This document shows positions 9,130 to 18,274 of a DNA stretch of 64,000 nt, piece after piece. The stretch is from Synergistales bacterium. Its GTDB lineage: Bacteria > Synergistota > Synergistia > Synergistales > JAFGMB01. A program made the translations under genes and the position numbers. Positions within the stretch are counted from its first letter, which is position 1; every line of letters starts with the position of its first letter. The DNA is taken from the NCBI GenBank assembly GCA_963666205.1, contig OY762654.1, positions 1,280,001-1,344,000 on the forward strand, read 5' to 3'. The notes below the pieces were generated by a model that worked only from the letters and a program-made list of their open reading frames with translations, made no database searches and was not told the origin of the DNA.

Positions 9130-9280
9130 TCTTCTCTCCTCCTCAAAATTGTAGGTTGATAAAATATTCCAGAAGTACCATACTTGGTAAAAGTGAATTA
9201 TAACCCTGTTCAATAACAGTGTCTATAAAGAACTCAGGTTTATATAGAATATCAAACACATTTCACAGGAGGAAACAGAT

Positions 9281-10375
9281 TTGAAAAGAATTACTGTTCT
9301 CGGAGCCGGCAACGGCGGCCAGACCATGGCAGGATACCTGGCAGCAAAGGGTAACCAGGTAACACTTTTTGAACATCCGAATTTTGAGGATAAACTTTTA
9401 AAGATAAGGGAAAAGGGAGAAATAACCCTCCAGGGATCCTTGAACTGCTCTGGAAAACTGGAAGCGGCAACATCAGATCCCAGGGAAGCAGTCAATGGCA
9501 CAGATATAATTTACCTTGTGGCCCCCACCTTTGCGCAAAAACCTCTTCTGGAACTTGTCGTCCCTTTCCTGAAAGACGGACAGATCATAGTGTTACTCCC
9601 AGGCAATTTCGGGAGCCTCTCTTTAAAAAAACTGCTGAGAGAAAAAGAAATCAACATTTCCCTCGGTATAGCTGAAGCTGATACGATCCCCTTTGCCTGC
9701 AGGCAGATAGAGCCAGGGTTGATAGATGTCTGGGGAATGAAAAAGACCATGTCCCTTGCATCTTTACCAGGAAAGGATATTGAAGGGATCATCAGTGAGA
9801 TCCAGGACTACTTCCCGTTACCCCTGGAACCAGCCCCCAACGTAATAGCCATAGGTCTTTACAATACAAATATGATCCTCCACTGCCCCACCATGATAAT
9901 GAATGCAGGCCGGATAGAATCAGACCTGGATGGCTTTCAGTTCTACAAGGACGGCATGTCAGATTCTGTCTGCAAGGTAATGGAAGCCATGGATGAAGAA
10001 AGAATGAATGTAGGTAAGGCCCTGGGTATTGAGCTTCTTTCGACAATGGATGACATGCAGAAGATCTATCAGCTGAAGGGAGAGACCCTGAGGGAGACCA
10101 TCCTCAATAACCCTGTCTACTGCGGACATGGCAAAGATTCTCCTTCTTCCATAAATCATAGATACCTTAACGAGGATGTCCCTTACCTTCTTGTGCCCGT
10201 TTCAGGTTTCGGCAGACTGTTGAACATCCCTACGCCTGTTATAGACAGCATTATTCTCCTGGCAGGCATCGTGAACGGGAAAGACTATTTCGAAACCGGG
10301 GTAAATCTTGAGAAACTTGGACTCAAGGAACTTCCGAAAGAAGAAATAATAAAAATGGTTCACCAGGGTAAGTGA
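9281..10375 (+). CDS. NAD(P)-dependent opine (octopine/nopaline) dehydrogenase family protein
   Basis: GAGNGG Rossmann motif; PGNFG, E.DT.P.ACR, N.N...H, FY..G, RY..EDVP. Confidence 0.92.
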   Translation: MKRITVLGAGNGGQTMAGYLAAKGNQVTLFEHPNFEDKLLKIREKGEITLQGSLNCSGKLEAATSDPREAVNGTDIIYLVAPTFAQKPLLELVVPFLKDGQIIVLLPGNFGSLSLKKLLREKEINISLGIAEADTIPFACRQIEPGLIDVWGMKKTMSLASLPGKDIEGIISEIQDYFPLPLEPAPNVIAIGLYNTNMILHCPTMIMNAGRIESDLDGFQFYKDGMSDSVCKVMEAMDEERMNVGKALGIELLSTMDDMQKIYQLKGETLRETILNNPVYCGHGKDSPSSINHRYLNEDVPYLLVPVSGFGRLLNIPTPVIDSIILLAGIVNGKDYFETGVNLEKLGLKELPKEEIIKMVHQGK

Positions 10376-10395
10376 TCTTTCCTCCCCTTCAGAAA

Positions 10396-10434
10396 AAAAC
10401 AAGGGGCTATCCTCAAAGGTTAGCCCCTTGTTTT
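10396..10434. terminator. Bidirectional terminator
   Basis: AAAACAAGGGGCTA...TAGCCCCTTGTTTT between convergent genes. Confidence 0.85.
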
Positions 10435-10504
10435 ATAAACCTGGTTTTACTGATAAGAAATGGACGGGATTTCACAGACAGACTCAACTCCCGTCCTTCC
10501 TGGA

Positions 10505-11509
10505 TCATCCGGCACAAAGAACAGGTCTGGTCTCTGCCTTTTCCGGAATTTCAAAGGAAGCAATATCTTCTCCTGAGTTAACCTGTGATACAGATGTCCA
10601 TATTTCATCGGTATCTTCAAAACCTTCAGGTTCCACATGAACACTTGTAAAAACGTGTCCTTTATGAATTTTTTTCAGCCTTTTTTCGATCAGGGTGGCA
10701 ATATTATGAGCCTCCACCAGGTTCATATCAGGGGAAAGAATGACCTTAAGATCTACAGCGAGATCTCCCCCTATTCTCCTTGTCCGGAGAGAGTTAAGGC
10801 CTTTGACCTCTGGAAGGCTGTTGATATCTTCCATTATAAATCTCTGAAGTTCCTGGCCTGCTGAAGATTCCATAAGTTCATTCAGGCTTCCAAGGGTAAT
10901 TGGTATGGATACTTTAATTATTATGAGACCTACCACCACAGCCGCAAAAGGATCGAGGATGATCCACCTCGGACCCAGAAAAATAGCTCCGCCTATCCCC
11001 AGAAGGGTCCCTACTGAAGAAAGAGCATCTGAGCGGTGATCCCATGCCTTAGCCACAAGGGCCTCGCTCTCCAGTTTCTTTGCCCGCTTTATGGTATATC
11101 TATACAGCAACTCCTTTGAGATCACAGATATGACGGCAGCCCACAGTGCGAGGATCCCGGGTCTCGACAGGGGTTCTCCTCCCAGAAAATCCACCAGCCT
11201 GTGAAGCCCTGACCAGACAATTCCGAATCCCACTACGGCAAGGGAGATCCCTATGATAAGAGAAGCTATTGTTTCCGCCTTACCGTGTCCATAGTTGTGA
11301 CTTAGATCAACCGGTTTTTTTACAACCCTGAAACTTATGACAGCCACTATATCCGTTGCAAAATCTGAAAGTGAATGTACTGCATCTGCAACCATGGCGG
11401 CACTGTTGCCAAGTATACCCGCACAAAACTTGAAAAGGGTCAGGATCACATTAACCCACAGTCCTGCCCAGGACACTTTAAGAGCCTCTTCATTTCTATG
11501 ATTTTTCAT
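10505..11509 (-). CDS. Cation diffusion facilitator (FieF-like) transporter
   Basis: ADAVHSLSD, HNYGHGKAE, DHRSD, HVEP motifs. Confidence 0.93.
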   Translation of the reverse strand: MKNHRNEEALKVSWAGLWVNVILTLFKFCAGILGNSAAMVADAVHSLSDFATDIVAVISFRVVKKPVDLSHNYGHGKAETIASLIIGISLAVVGFGIVWSGLHRLVDFLGGEPLSRPGILALWAAVISVISKELLYRYTIKRAKKLESEALVAKAWDHRSDALSSVGTLLGIGGAIFLGPRWIILDPFAAVVVGLIIIKVSIPITLGSLNELMESSAGQELQRFIMEDINSLPEVKGLNSLRTRRIGGDLAVDLKVILSPDMNLVEAHNIATLIEKRLKKIHKGHVFTSVHVEPEGFEDTDEIWTSVSQVNSGEDIASFEIPEKAETRPVLCAG

Positions 11510-11600
11510 TTTACCTGGATCCTTCCCTATGGTTCATTTTTTTGTTTCTTAATCTATGATCAAAACTGAACAGGAACCCTTTTCTCTGGAAACTGTATTT

Positions 11601-12308
11601 CTATAAGAAGCCCTGTTCCCTGAGCCTGGCTCCAACGATCCCTTTGTAATCCCTTTCAGAAGAAAGAGGAACCCAGGCCAGGCCATCCATCATTACCTGG
11701 AGAGCATCCGGAAAGAGATTCTTAAAGTCTATTCCCGGGAAAACATGCCTGTCATCTACATCTGAAAAAACCATATAGGCACCTATAGCCATCGACCAGC
11801 CAGCTGCAATGATATTTTCCTTCTGTTCCGGACAAGAGAGGACCAGTTCCCCATTTTCCAGAGCTTCATCCAGGAGTTTTTCTATAATGGAAATAAGTTC
11901 ATGATGAAGATCGTGAATGGTCTCCAGTTTTTCAGGAGATACTTTCTCCCTTAAAGAACCTATCCGCATAAGCTCATAGGTCCTTAAATGTCCCGGATTA
12001 AGGATCATGAAAGGCCCAAGAACAAGCCCTATGGCTGTCATTCTCTCCCTGGCAGTGCCGCCGATCCCTACAGCCTTGAGGATAATTTCCCGGATCTTCA
12101 TGAGTGTTTCTATCATCAGCCGGCCCACAAGATCTTCCTTGCAGCAGAAATGCTTGTAAATGGTTCCCTTGGAATACTCTATTTCCTCTGCTATCCGTTC
12201 CATATTAAGACCAAGATACCCCTTTTCCAGAAGCATATTTCTTCCGGCCTCAAGGATCAACTCTTCTCTTTTTTCAAACTCTCTCTGTTTCCTGCTATAG
12301 GTTCCCAT
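11601..12308 (-). CDS. TetR/AcrR family regulator
   Basis: N-terminal HTH MERIAEEIEYSKGTIYKHF..KEDL. Confidence 0.92.
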   Translation of the reverse strand: MGTYSRKQREFEKREELILEAGRNMLLEKGYLGLNMERIAEEIEYSKGTIYKHFCCKEDLVGRLMIETLMKIREIILKAVGIGGTARERMTAIGLVLGPFMILNPGHLRTYELMRIGSLREKVSPEKLETIHDLHHELISIIEKLLDEALENGELVLSCPEQKENIIAAGWSMAIGAYMVFSDVDDRHVFPGIDFKNLFPDALQVMMDGLAWVPLSSERDYKGIVGARLREQGFL

Positions 12309-12316
12309 AACAAAGA

Positions 12317-12346
12317 AGTATATGACGTAACGTCATTTTATGTCAA
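12317..12346 (-). promoter_or_regulatory. sigma70 promoter with embedded palindromic TetR operator
   Basis: TTGACA(12346-12341)-N18-TATACT(12322-12317); palindrome ATGACG-TAA-CGTCAT at 12322-12336. Confidence 0.75.
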
Positions 12347-12383
12347 TTAGTTAGATTACCTTCAGGGAGACCTTTCTCCTCAG

Positions 12384-12414
12384 AAAAAAAGACCTGTCCC
12401 GGAAGGACAGGTCT
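12384..12414 (-). terminator. Intrinsic terminator
   Basis: AGACCTGTCC...GGACAGGTCT with a 7-U tail on the minus strand. Confidence 0.8.
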
Positions 12415-12456
12415 CAGGCTGAAAGCAAATGTTTTCAGGAACTTTTCCATTTTATA

Positions 12457-12582
12457 TCAGTCGTAATATAACCTTTCGGACGGCACCTCAGTGGGATCAT
12501 GAAAAAAATGTCCGAGGCCTGCATCGACCATTTCCTGGTAGGAAGGGATCCCCCTGACAACTATAGCCCTGGAAGGTTCCAT
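12457..12582 (-). CDS. Small hypothetical protein (41 aa; up to 64 aa if the start is 12651)
   Basis: GGAGG 11 nt before ATG 12582; followed by a terminator. Confidence 0.4.
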   Translation of the reverse strand: MEPSRAIVVRGIPSYQEMVDAGLGHFFHDPTEVPSERLYYD

Positions 12583-12690
12583 CTGAGAGAAGACCTCCAG
12601 TTCCTTGATAAAAGTGGTCATATGACGGGCAACACGAACTTTCATGGGCATAACAGAATGAAGTTACCGTTAGACTTCAGCCTTAAAACC

Positions 12691-13575
12691 TTACAGAAGA
12701 CTTCCCCGTCCCTGCTGAAATACAATAGAATTCAGGGGAAAACCCAGTCTTTTTGAAAGGTTCCCGCACTTGACAATAAAAAGGTAAAAAAGGCGTTCAT
12801 CCCCAAAGGGTGAACTTTCGAAATTACCTACACCCTTGCAGAGAACAACAGGGCTCTCATGGTAGATCCTGGAAAAATCGGAGGGACAGTTTCCAGGATC
12901 AAAACCGGCAATTCCGCTTCCTGAAGAAAGGACTTTACAGAGTCTGTCCAACCCGACATATACAGCATCTTCAATGGTTGCATCGTTCAATATGGGTCTG
13001 CCTCTCACTGCACAGGTAATTGAAATATCAGGAAAACGTTTCTTAAGTTCCCTGACGAGGATCTTGTCCAGTACTATCTCTCCGCAGTTATCACAAAGGA
13101 TCAGAAGGGAACGGTATTTGTCGACAAGTCCAAGAAAACTCGCATATGTATTCTCTGGAAGAATGGTGTTTTTCATATGTTCGGCAAGGACAGAGAGAAC
13201 CCTCTCACTGGAAACATTATGAAAGGCACCGAAATCAATGAGATTAGCTGAACCGGCGAGAACAAGAGCAGAATGAAGGGGATCATCTTCATTTCTTACC
13301 AGATCGCCATAACTTTCCTCAAGATCCAGCATAAGGGTATTGAATTCCTCCTTAACATCATGAAAAGGATCTTCCACTCCTGACATTTCTCTCAATACCG
13401 AATAAGCTATTTCTGTGAGGATGGGGGCCGATGAATCTGTCCTTAACTCCGGACTGAATCGTTCCATTACTTTCTTCAGCAATATCATCTGTGCTTCAGG
13501 ATCAGGAAGAACCCTTTCTGCAACATGGAGAAGGTTGTTAATTACACAGGTTATACAGTCTGGATAAAGCTCCAT
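12691..13575 (-). CDS. ARMT1/DUF89 damage-control phosphatase family protein
   Basis: CxxC at the N-terminus, N.IDFG, DNCGE..LD, PILND.T..D, KG.GNFES, KC; start ATG 13575. Confidence 0.88.
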   Translation of the reverse strand: MELYPDCITCVINNLLHVAERVLPDPEAQMILLKKVMERFSPELRTDSSAPILTEIAYSVLREMSGVEDPFHDVKEEFNTLMLDLEESYGDLVRNEDDPLHSALVLAGSANLIDFGAFHNVSSERVLSVLAEHMKNTILPENTYASFLGLVDKYRSLLILCDNCGEIVLDKILVRELKKRFPDISITCAVRGRPILNDATIEDAVYVGLDRLCKVLSSGSGIAGFDPGNCPSDFSRIYHESPVVLCKGVGNFESSPFGDERLFYLFIVKCGNLSKRLGFPLNSIVFQQGRGSLL

Positions 13576-13695
13576 GGATATACAAACCCCTTTTTTCAGG
13601 TATTCTTTAAACATCATTGGACAGGTTGAACTATAACATAAGAGAAAGATCATTTAAAAAGGCGATCCTGCCAGGGACCGCCTTTGATTATTCTT

Positions 13696-14835
13696 TTATA
13701 TATCCTTTACAGAAACATAGTCTGGTATGGATGAAGGCAGATCTATATTACTGCCTGTTGCATCATCAAGTATCTGAACTGCCCGGGCCTTGAAAATGAA
13801 GACTGCCTCCGCCCCTTGATCAAGTTCAAGGGATTCATATGAACTTACAGTGACCACTGCATGAAGGACAAGCTTTCCACGCATACCTGTCAGCCATACA
13901 AGAGGTCCTCTTCTCTCCGTTTCCGTAATAATGACCCTCATCTGGTTCCTGGAAGATATGATCATCTCTTCTTTTGCCACCATGATATCCTCCGGCCGAA
14001 CCGAAAAGATAACCTCCGAATCCTTCTGCAGTTCCGTTCCGGCAGAATAAAAACATTCACCATGGGTTCGTATCACCGAATTGCACAAGTCATCACATTC
14101 TGCTACCAATCCACTCAGAACATTTCTCGCACCAACCAGTCCTGCTACATATCCCGGCCTGGGGCAGCTGAAAACCTGTTCTGGTGTTCCCTGCTGAAGA
14201 AGTTCTCCTTCATGGATCACAGCAACCTGGTCAGCCAGGGCCCAAACGTCTTCGCTATCATGGGTAACGTGAAGGACTGTAATACCCAACTCCTGAACTG
14301 TTGACCTGACAAGTTTCCTCATTCTTTCCCGGGACGACAGGTCCAGAGCACTGAAAGCTTCATCCATCAGAAGTATTTCAGGCTTTGTGATAAGAGCCCT
14401 GGCAAGGGCTGTTCTCTGCTGCTCTCCTCCGGAAAGAGTTGAAATATCACGATGAAGCAGATCCTGAATATGAAGCTGGGTTGATATCTTTTTTACATTT
14501 TCTTCACATTCAAGGCTGGATATCCCTTTATCTTTAAGCCCGAAGGCAATATTGTGGAAAACATCCAGATGGGGGAAAAGCATGTAATCCTGGTAAACAA
14601 TACCCAGTTTCCGCCTCTCGGGAGGCCAGCTGGTAACGTCTTTTCCCCGAAGGAAAACCTTTCCCTTTCTGGGGTAGAATCCTCCCATGATCGTTTCCAG
14701 GAGAACACTTTTTCCTGCACCGGAAGCTCCGAGAAGACAGCAGTAAGATCCTTCAGGTACTTCGAATGATACATTTTTTAATGAAAATTCTCCGAGATCG
14801 ACAGAGAGTCCCTTTACTGAAAGAATATCCGTCAA
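13696..14835 (-). CDS. Tungstate/molybdate ABC transporter ATPase (WtpC/ModC-like) with TOBE domains
   Basis: GASGAGKS, LSGGEQQR, MDE, HVTHD; C-terminal TOBE (ISSRNQ...FKARAV). Confidence 0.9.
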   Translation of the reverse strand: MTDILSVKGLSVDLGEFSLKNVSFEVPEGSYCCLLGASGAGKSVLLETIMGGFYPRKGKVFLRGKDVTSWPPERRKLGIVYQDYMLFPHLDVFHNIAFGLKDKGISSLECEENVKKISTQLHIQDLLHRDISTLSGGEQQRTALARALITKPEILLMDEAFSALDLSSRERMRKLVRSTVQELGITVLHVTHDSEDVWALADQVAVIHEGELLQQGTPEQVFSCPRPGYVAGLVGARNVLSGLVAECDDLCNSVIRTHGECFYSAGTELQKDSEVIFSVRPEDIMVAKEEMIISSRNQMRVIITETERRGPLVWLTGMRGKLVLHAVVTVSSYESLELDQGAEAVFIFKARAVQILDDATGSNIDLPSSIPDYVSVKDI

Positions 14836-15617
14836 AGGACAACCTCCTTATTCAGCATCTCAAACACTATTATGGCAGCAAGGGAGATAGTGATGAGTAT
14901 GATACCGGAGGTCATTGCCATGGCCAGATTACCATAGGAAATGTTGAGATAGAGGGTTATGGGAAGGGTTTCAGTGTACATTCTTGTCCCTCCCGCAAGG
15001 ATGAGAACTGTTCCGAAACAGCCCATACATCTGGCAAAGGCAATTACCGCAGCAGCAAATATTCCACCCCTTGCCATAGGAACAGAAACCCTCAGAAAGG
15101 CTTTCATCTGACTGCATCCCAGGCTCCTTGCAACAAGCTCATACCTCGGACTTATGCCCCGGAAAGTACCATAGACGACCCTGATGGCATAGGGAGCGGC
15201 TGTAAAAACCTGGGCAATAACAATAGCCCATTTACTGAAAACCACATGGATACCCATTCCTTTAAGCCAGTCTCCAAGGGGACCATGTCCAAAAAGGAGA
15301 AGGAGACAGAGTCCAAGGACGAGTTCCGGGAAAGCCATGGGTAGATCCACAATGGTCCGTAGAAGATGATGTCCCGGGAAATGGAATCTGGCGAGCACAT
15401 AACCTATGGAAACGGCAAGGAACATAACGATCAGCACAGAAAGCAGACTTGACAGGAGAGAAAGCTTTACACTGTAGATCATTTCACTGGAAAGGGCGCT
15501 CTCGATTATTTCCTCCCCTTCCGGCATTAATACCAGTGATAAGATCGACCATATGAGCAGCCCCGAGAAGAGAACCGTAATTCCTCCCAGGGCTGCCCTG
15601 AAAATCCTGTTACCCAT
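14832..15617 (-). CDS. modB: Molybdate/tungstate ABC transporter permease
   Basis: DLP..FP..V.G..LL; EAA-like YELVARSLG motif; overlaps the ATPase start. Confidence 0.88.
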   Translation of the reverse strand: MGNRIFRAALGGITVLFSGLLIWSILSLVLMPEGEEIIESALSSEMIYSVKLSLLSSLLSVLIVMFLAVSIGYVLARFHFPGHHLLRTIVDLPMAFPELVLGLCLLLLFGHGPLGDWLKGMGIHVVFSKWAIVIAQVFTAAPYAIRVVYGTFRGISPRYELVARSLGCSQMKAFLRVSVPMARGGIFAAAVIAFARCMGCFGTVLILAGGTRMYTETLPITLYLNISYGNLAMAMTSGIILITISLAAIIVFEMLNKEVVL

Positions 15618-15619
15618 TC

Positions 15620-16402
15620 CTATAAAGGCTTTTCAAGGGGGAATCCCCATTTGTTCCAGATCGTCTTACCTTCATCGGACGTGATGAACTGAATGAACCT
15701 CTCTGCCGTTTCAGGCCTCTGGCTGTAGGATACCACGGAAGCCGGGATGGTTTTGATTATATTCTTTGAAGGGTCTATATGAACGATATCCACCTTGCCC
15801 TTCGACTGGGCCCATGTGGACTGATCTTCCCATGCTATTGTACCGTCCACCTGGGAAGTGGCGGTATAAATGAGGAGCTGATTTGTGGTACTCGGACTGG
15901 TTACGACATTCTTCATTATCGATTCTTTGAGCCCGTTCTTTTCCAGGATCTTGATCCCCACCTGGCCTATGGCTGCAGCTTTTGGATCTGCCATTGCAAG
16001 TCTTACTCCATCCCTGGCCATGTCTTCCAGGCATGTAATGTTACCCGGATTTCCCTTTGGGGTCAGGATAACGGGAACGTGGTAGCAGATCGTGGCACTC
16101 CCTTTTTCAACTACCATTCCCTTGTTGAGGGCATCTTTGGTATACTTTTCAGCACCAGGGATATAAACGTCTCCGGCCTTCCTTGTGGCTATCATTCCGA
16201 AAAGCTCACCAGAACCTGCATAGATCATACGAACCTGACAGCTTTCCTTCTCCTGGAACATCACCTGAAGCTCGTCCATGGGTTTCATCAGACCCGCCCC
16301 GCAATATACAAGGAGGGGTTCCTCCTCCGCTACGGCCGCAAGGGTCCCTGCAAAACACACAGCTACAAGAATTAAAAGAATAAACAATGACACTTTTCGC
16401 AT
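15620..16402 (-). CDS. modA: Molybdate/tungstate ABC transporter substrate-binding protein
   Basis: YCGAGL, YAGSGEL, GNP.NI..LEDM, DP..AAIG; signal peptide from ATG 16402 (SD GGAGG). Confidence 0.88.
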   Translation of the reverse strand: MRKVSLFILLILVAVCFAGTLAAVAEEEPLLVYCGAGLMKPMDELQVMFQEKESCQVRMIYAGSGELFGMIATRKAGDVYIPGAEKYTKDALNKGMVVEKGSATICYHVPVILTPKGNPGNITCLEDMARDGVRLAMADPKAAAIGQVGIKILEKNGLKESIMKNVVTSPSTTNQLLIYTATSQVDGTIAWEDQSTWAQSKGKVDIVHIDPSKNIIKTIPASVVSYSQRPETAERFIQFITSDEGKTIWNKWGFPLEKPL

Positions 16403-16418
16403 AAATACCTGCACCTCC

Positions 16419-16459
16419 AAAAAAGAATGGCCCTCTCCAGAGAAAAGGAAGAGAGCCAG
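16419..16459 (-). terminator. Riboswitch expression-platform terminator
   Basis: TGGCTCTCTTCC...GGAGAGGGCCA-TTCTTTTTT between the aptamer and the modA SD. Confidence 0.75.
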
Positions 16460-16478
16460 GCATGGACAATGGCTATCC

Positions 16479-16578
16479 TTCTCCTTTCCAGACGTGGGAG
16501 GCAATTTCCATTTCGGAAATTACCCATTGGCCTTCTACCATAGGTAACCCCTTAGGCATAAAGGCTCGGAGAGAGTTG
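16479..16578 (-). ncRNA. Moco-class riboswitch lacking P3 (tungsten-cofactor-type variant)
   Basis: Minus strand reads CTCCGAGC..CCTAAG..CTATGG..GGC-CAATG-GGTAATTTCC-GAAAT-GGAAATTGCC-TCCC..TGGAAAGGAG, matching the Moco motif consensus, upstream of modABC. Confidence 0.9.
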
Positions 16579-16589
16579 ATATTCATAGA

Positions 16590-16604
16590 TAATAATCATT
16601 ATCA
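16590..16604. promoter_or_regulatory. Fur-family 7-1-7 box
   Basis: TAATAAT-C-ATTATCA, 13/14 match to TGATAAT-N-ATTATCA. Confidence 0.55.
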
Positions 16605-16684
16605 ATATATAACACAAGGGTACATGGAATCAATTCGCAAAGAAAGATCGTGGGGAATCTTATCCGGGGAGAATAACTGGAGAT

Positions 16685-17962
16685 CTATTTATGACAAAGG
16701 GTATATATGGAGTTGAAAAGGACACGGACACCCTTGTAAAGAACGGACTCATCGAAATCAAAATACTCGTTGTGGTGCCCGGCCTTAAGATCTGAACCCA
16801 GAATAATGTAAGTGGATCTGCCTCCTCTATCCTGGACTCTTTTCATCATACCGACAGCATCATCACTCCATTTTACCCATACATACCTGTCAACTGAATG
16901 GAATAATCCAGATGATCCCGCAGCTTCACAGACCACATCCACCAGGTCTTCATCACTTCTGGTCGAAAAGGATTCACCCATCGTTTCAACATCGCAGGCA
17001 ACTTCATACATCTCGGCTGCTGATCTTACAATCTGGACAGCTCTTGCATATACAAAATCATTTATCTCTTCAGTCTGTCCCCTGACTTCGATCTTCATAA
17101 AGGAATCCGGAGCTATGACATTTCTTCCTTCACCTGCTGTCAATACTCCTACATTGACACGGGAAGCACCACCTCCATGACGGGAAATGGCATGAAGGTT
17201 CAAAGTGGCAGTTGCAGAAGCAAGAAGAGCGTTATGCCCTTCGTTTGGTGCAAGACCGGCATGGGAAGACCTGCCCCGGTAATGAACATCCAGTTTTCTG
17301 GTACAGAGAAAACCCAGGGAACCTCCGAAGATCGTACCGGAGGGAATTCCCATACCCAGATGGATAGCAAGAAAATGATCCGAATCATCGAGAATACCCT
17401 TTTCAATAAGAGCCTTACTGCCTCTCACTCCCTCTTCGGCAGGCTGGAAGATCAACTGTATCTTCCCGGTGAGACTTTCTTTCCTCTCAGCAAGGATTTC
17501 AGCAAGACCCAGTCCCATGGCAGTATGGCCATCATGGCCGCATGCATGCATAACACCAATGTTCTGCGAAGAGAATCCTTCCCTGAAAGGCAGATGTTCA
17601 TAATCACTCGCTTCGGTCGTTTCAACGGCATCAATATCAAAACGGCATGAAATGACCGGTCCTCCTTTGCCTGTATCCAGGATCCCCACAACACCGGTAA
17701 ATCCCTGCATTCTTTCCAGCCATTTTTTCTCGGCTCCCTGATTCAGGGCTCTTTCCATATGTTCGGGAATTATCTCCTTATTTCTACCCATGATGAAGGA
17801 TTCATCTATGATATCCTTACCTGGAAGGACCTTGAAACCGAGGAAATCCAGGATCCCGGCCACCTTCGAAGTTGTCCTGAATTCAGTCCATCCCGCCTCG
17901 GGGAAGGAGTGGAAATCTCTCCTGTAACAGACTATTTTTTTCTGCAGCATTTCCCAATTCAT
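16685..17962 (-). CDS. M20D amidohydrolase, AbgA-like
   Basis: RRDFH..PE.GWTEF, RFDID, MHACGHDGH, FQPAEEG, GHH. Confidence 0.9.
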   Translation of the reverse strand: MNWEMLQKKIVCYRRDFHSFPEAGWTEFRTTSKVAGILDFLGFKVLPGKDIIDESFIMGRNKEIIPEHMERALNQGAEKKWLERMQGFTGVVGILDTGKGGPVISCRFDIDAVETTEASDYEHLPFREGFSSQNIGVMHACGHDGHTAMGLGLAEILAERKESLTGKIQLIFQPAEEGVRGSKALIEKGILDDSDHFLAIHLGMGIPSGTIFGGSLGFLCTRKLDVHYRGRSSHAGLAPNEGHNALLASATATLNLHAISRHGGGASRVNVGVLTAGEGRNVIAPDSFMKIEVRGQTEEINDFVYARAVQIVRSAAEMYEVACDVETMGESFSTRSDEDLVDVVCEAAGSSGLFHSVDRYVWVKWSDDAVGMMKRVQDRGGRSTYIILGSDLKAGHHNEYFDFDESVLYKGVRVLFNSIYTLCHK

Positions 17963-18157
17963 AAGAATACCTCCTGGGATAGACCTGGAATAAGATATTA
18001 TTTCCGAAAAGAGTCCTAGGATTCATATACCCTTGAATGTATAATGATACCATTCACTTGAAAGCCTCTTAAATAACAAGAGAGAATAGCATTATTCTCA
18101 ATCAAATTATGTTGAATGAAACCATAATTACACCTGATACATAAATTCAACACAAAC

Positions 18158-18186
18158 TTGACAAGCTGATCCTCGAAAGCTAAAGT
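18158..18186 (+). promoter_or_regulatory. sigma70 promoter of the TAXI operon
   Basis: TTGACA-N17-TAAAGT. Confidence 0.65.
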
Positions 18187-18274
18187 GATTCGAAATATTC
18201 TGCGAATTACTTATTTTATTAAAAGTTCTTTGTATTTCCAACAAACAATTAAACTATGAAAAGGAGGACAAAAA

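Noticed and set aside
16606-16614. ModE-like half site TGTTATATA
   Set aside because: No second half site; it overlaps the probable -10 region.
18194-18208. CodY-like box AATATTCTGCGAATT
   Set aside because: Three mismatches in AT-rich DNA, and the presence of CodY in the host is unknown.
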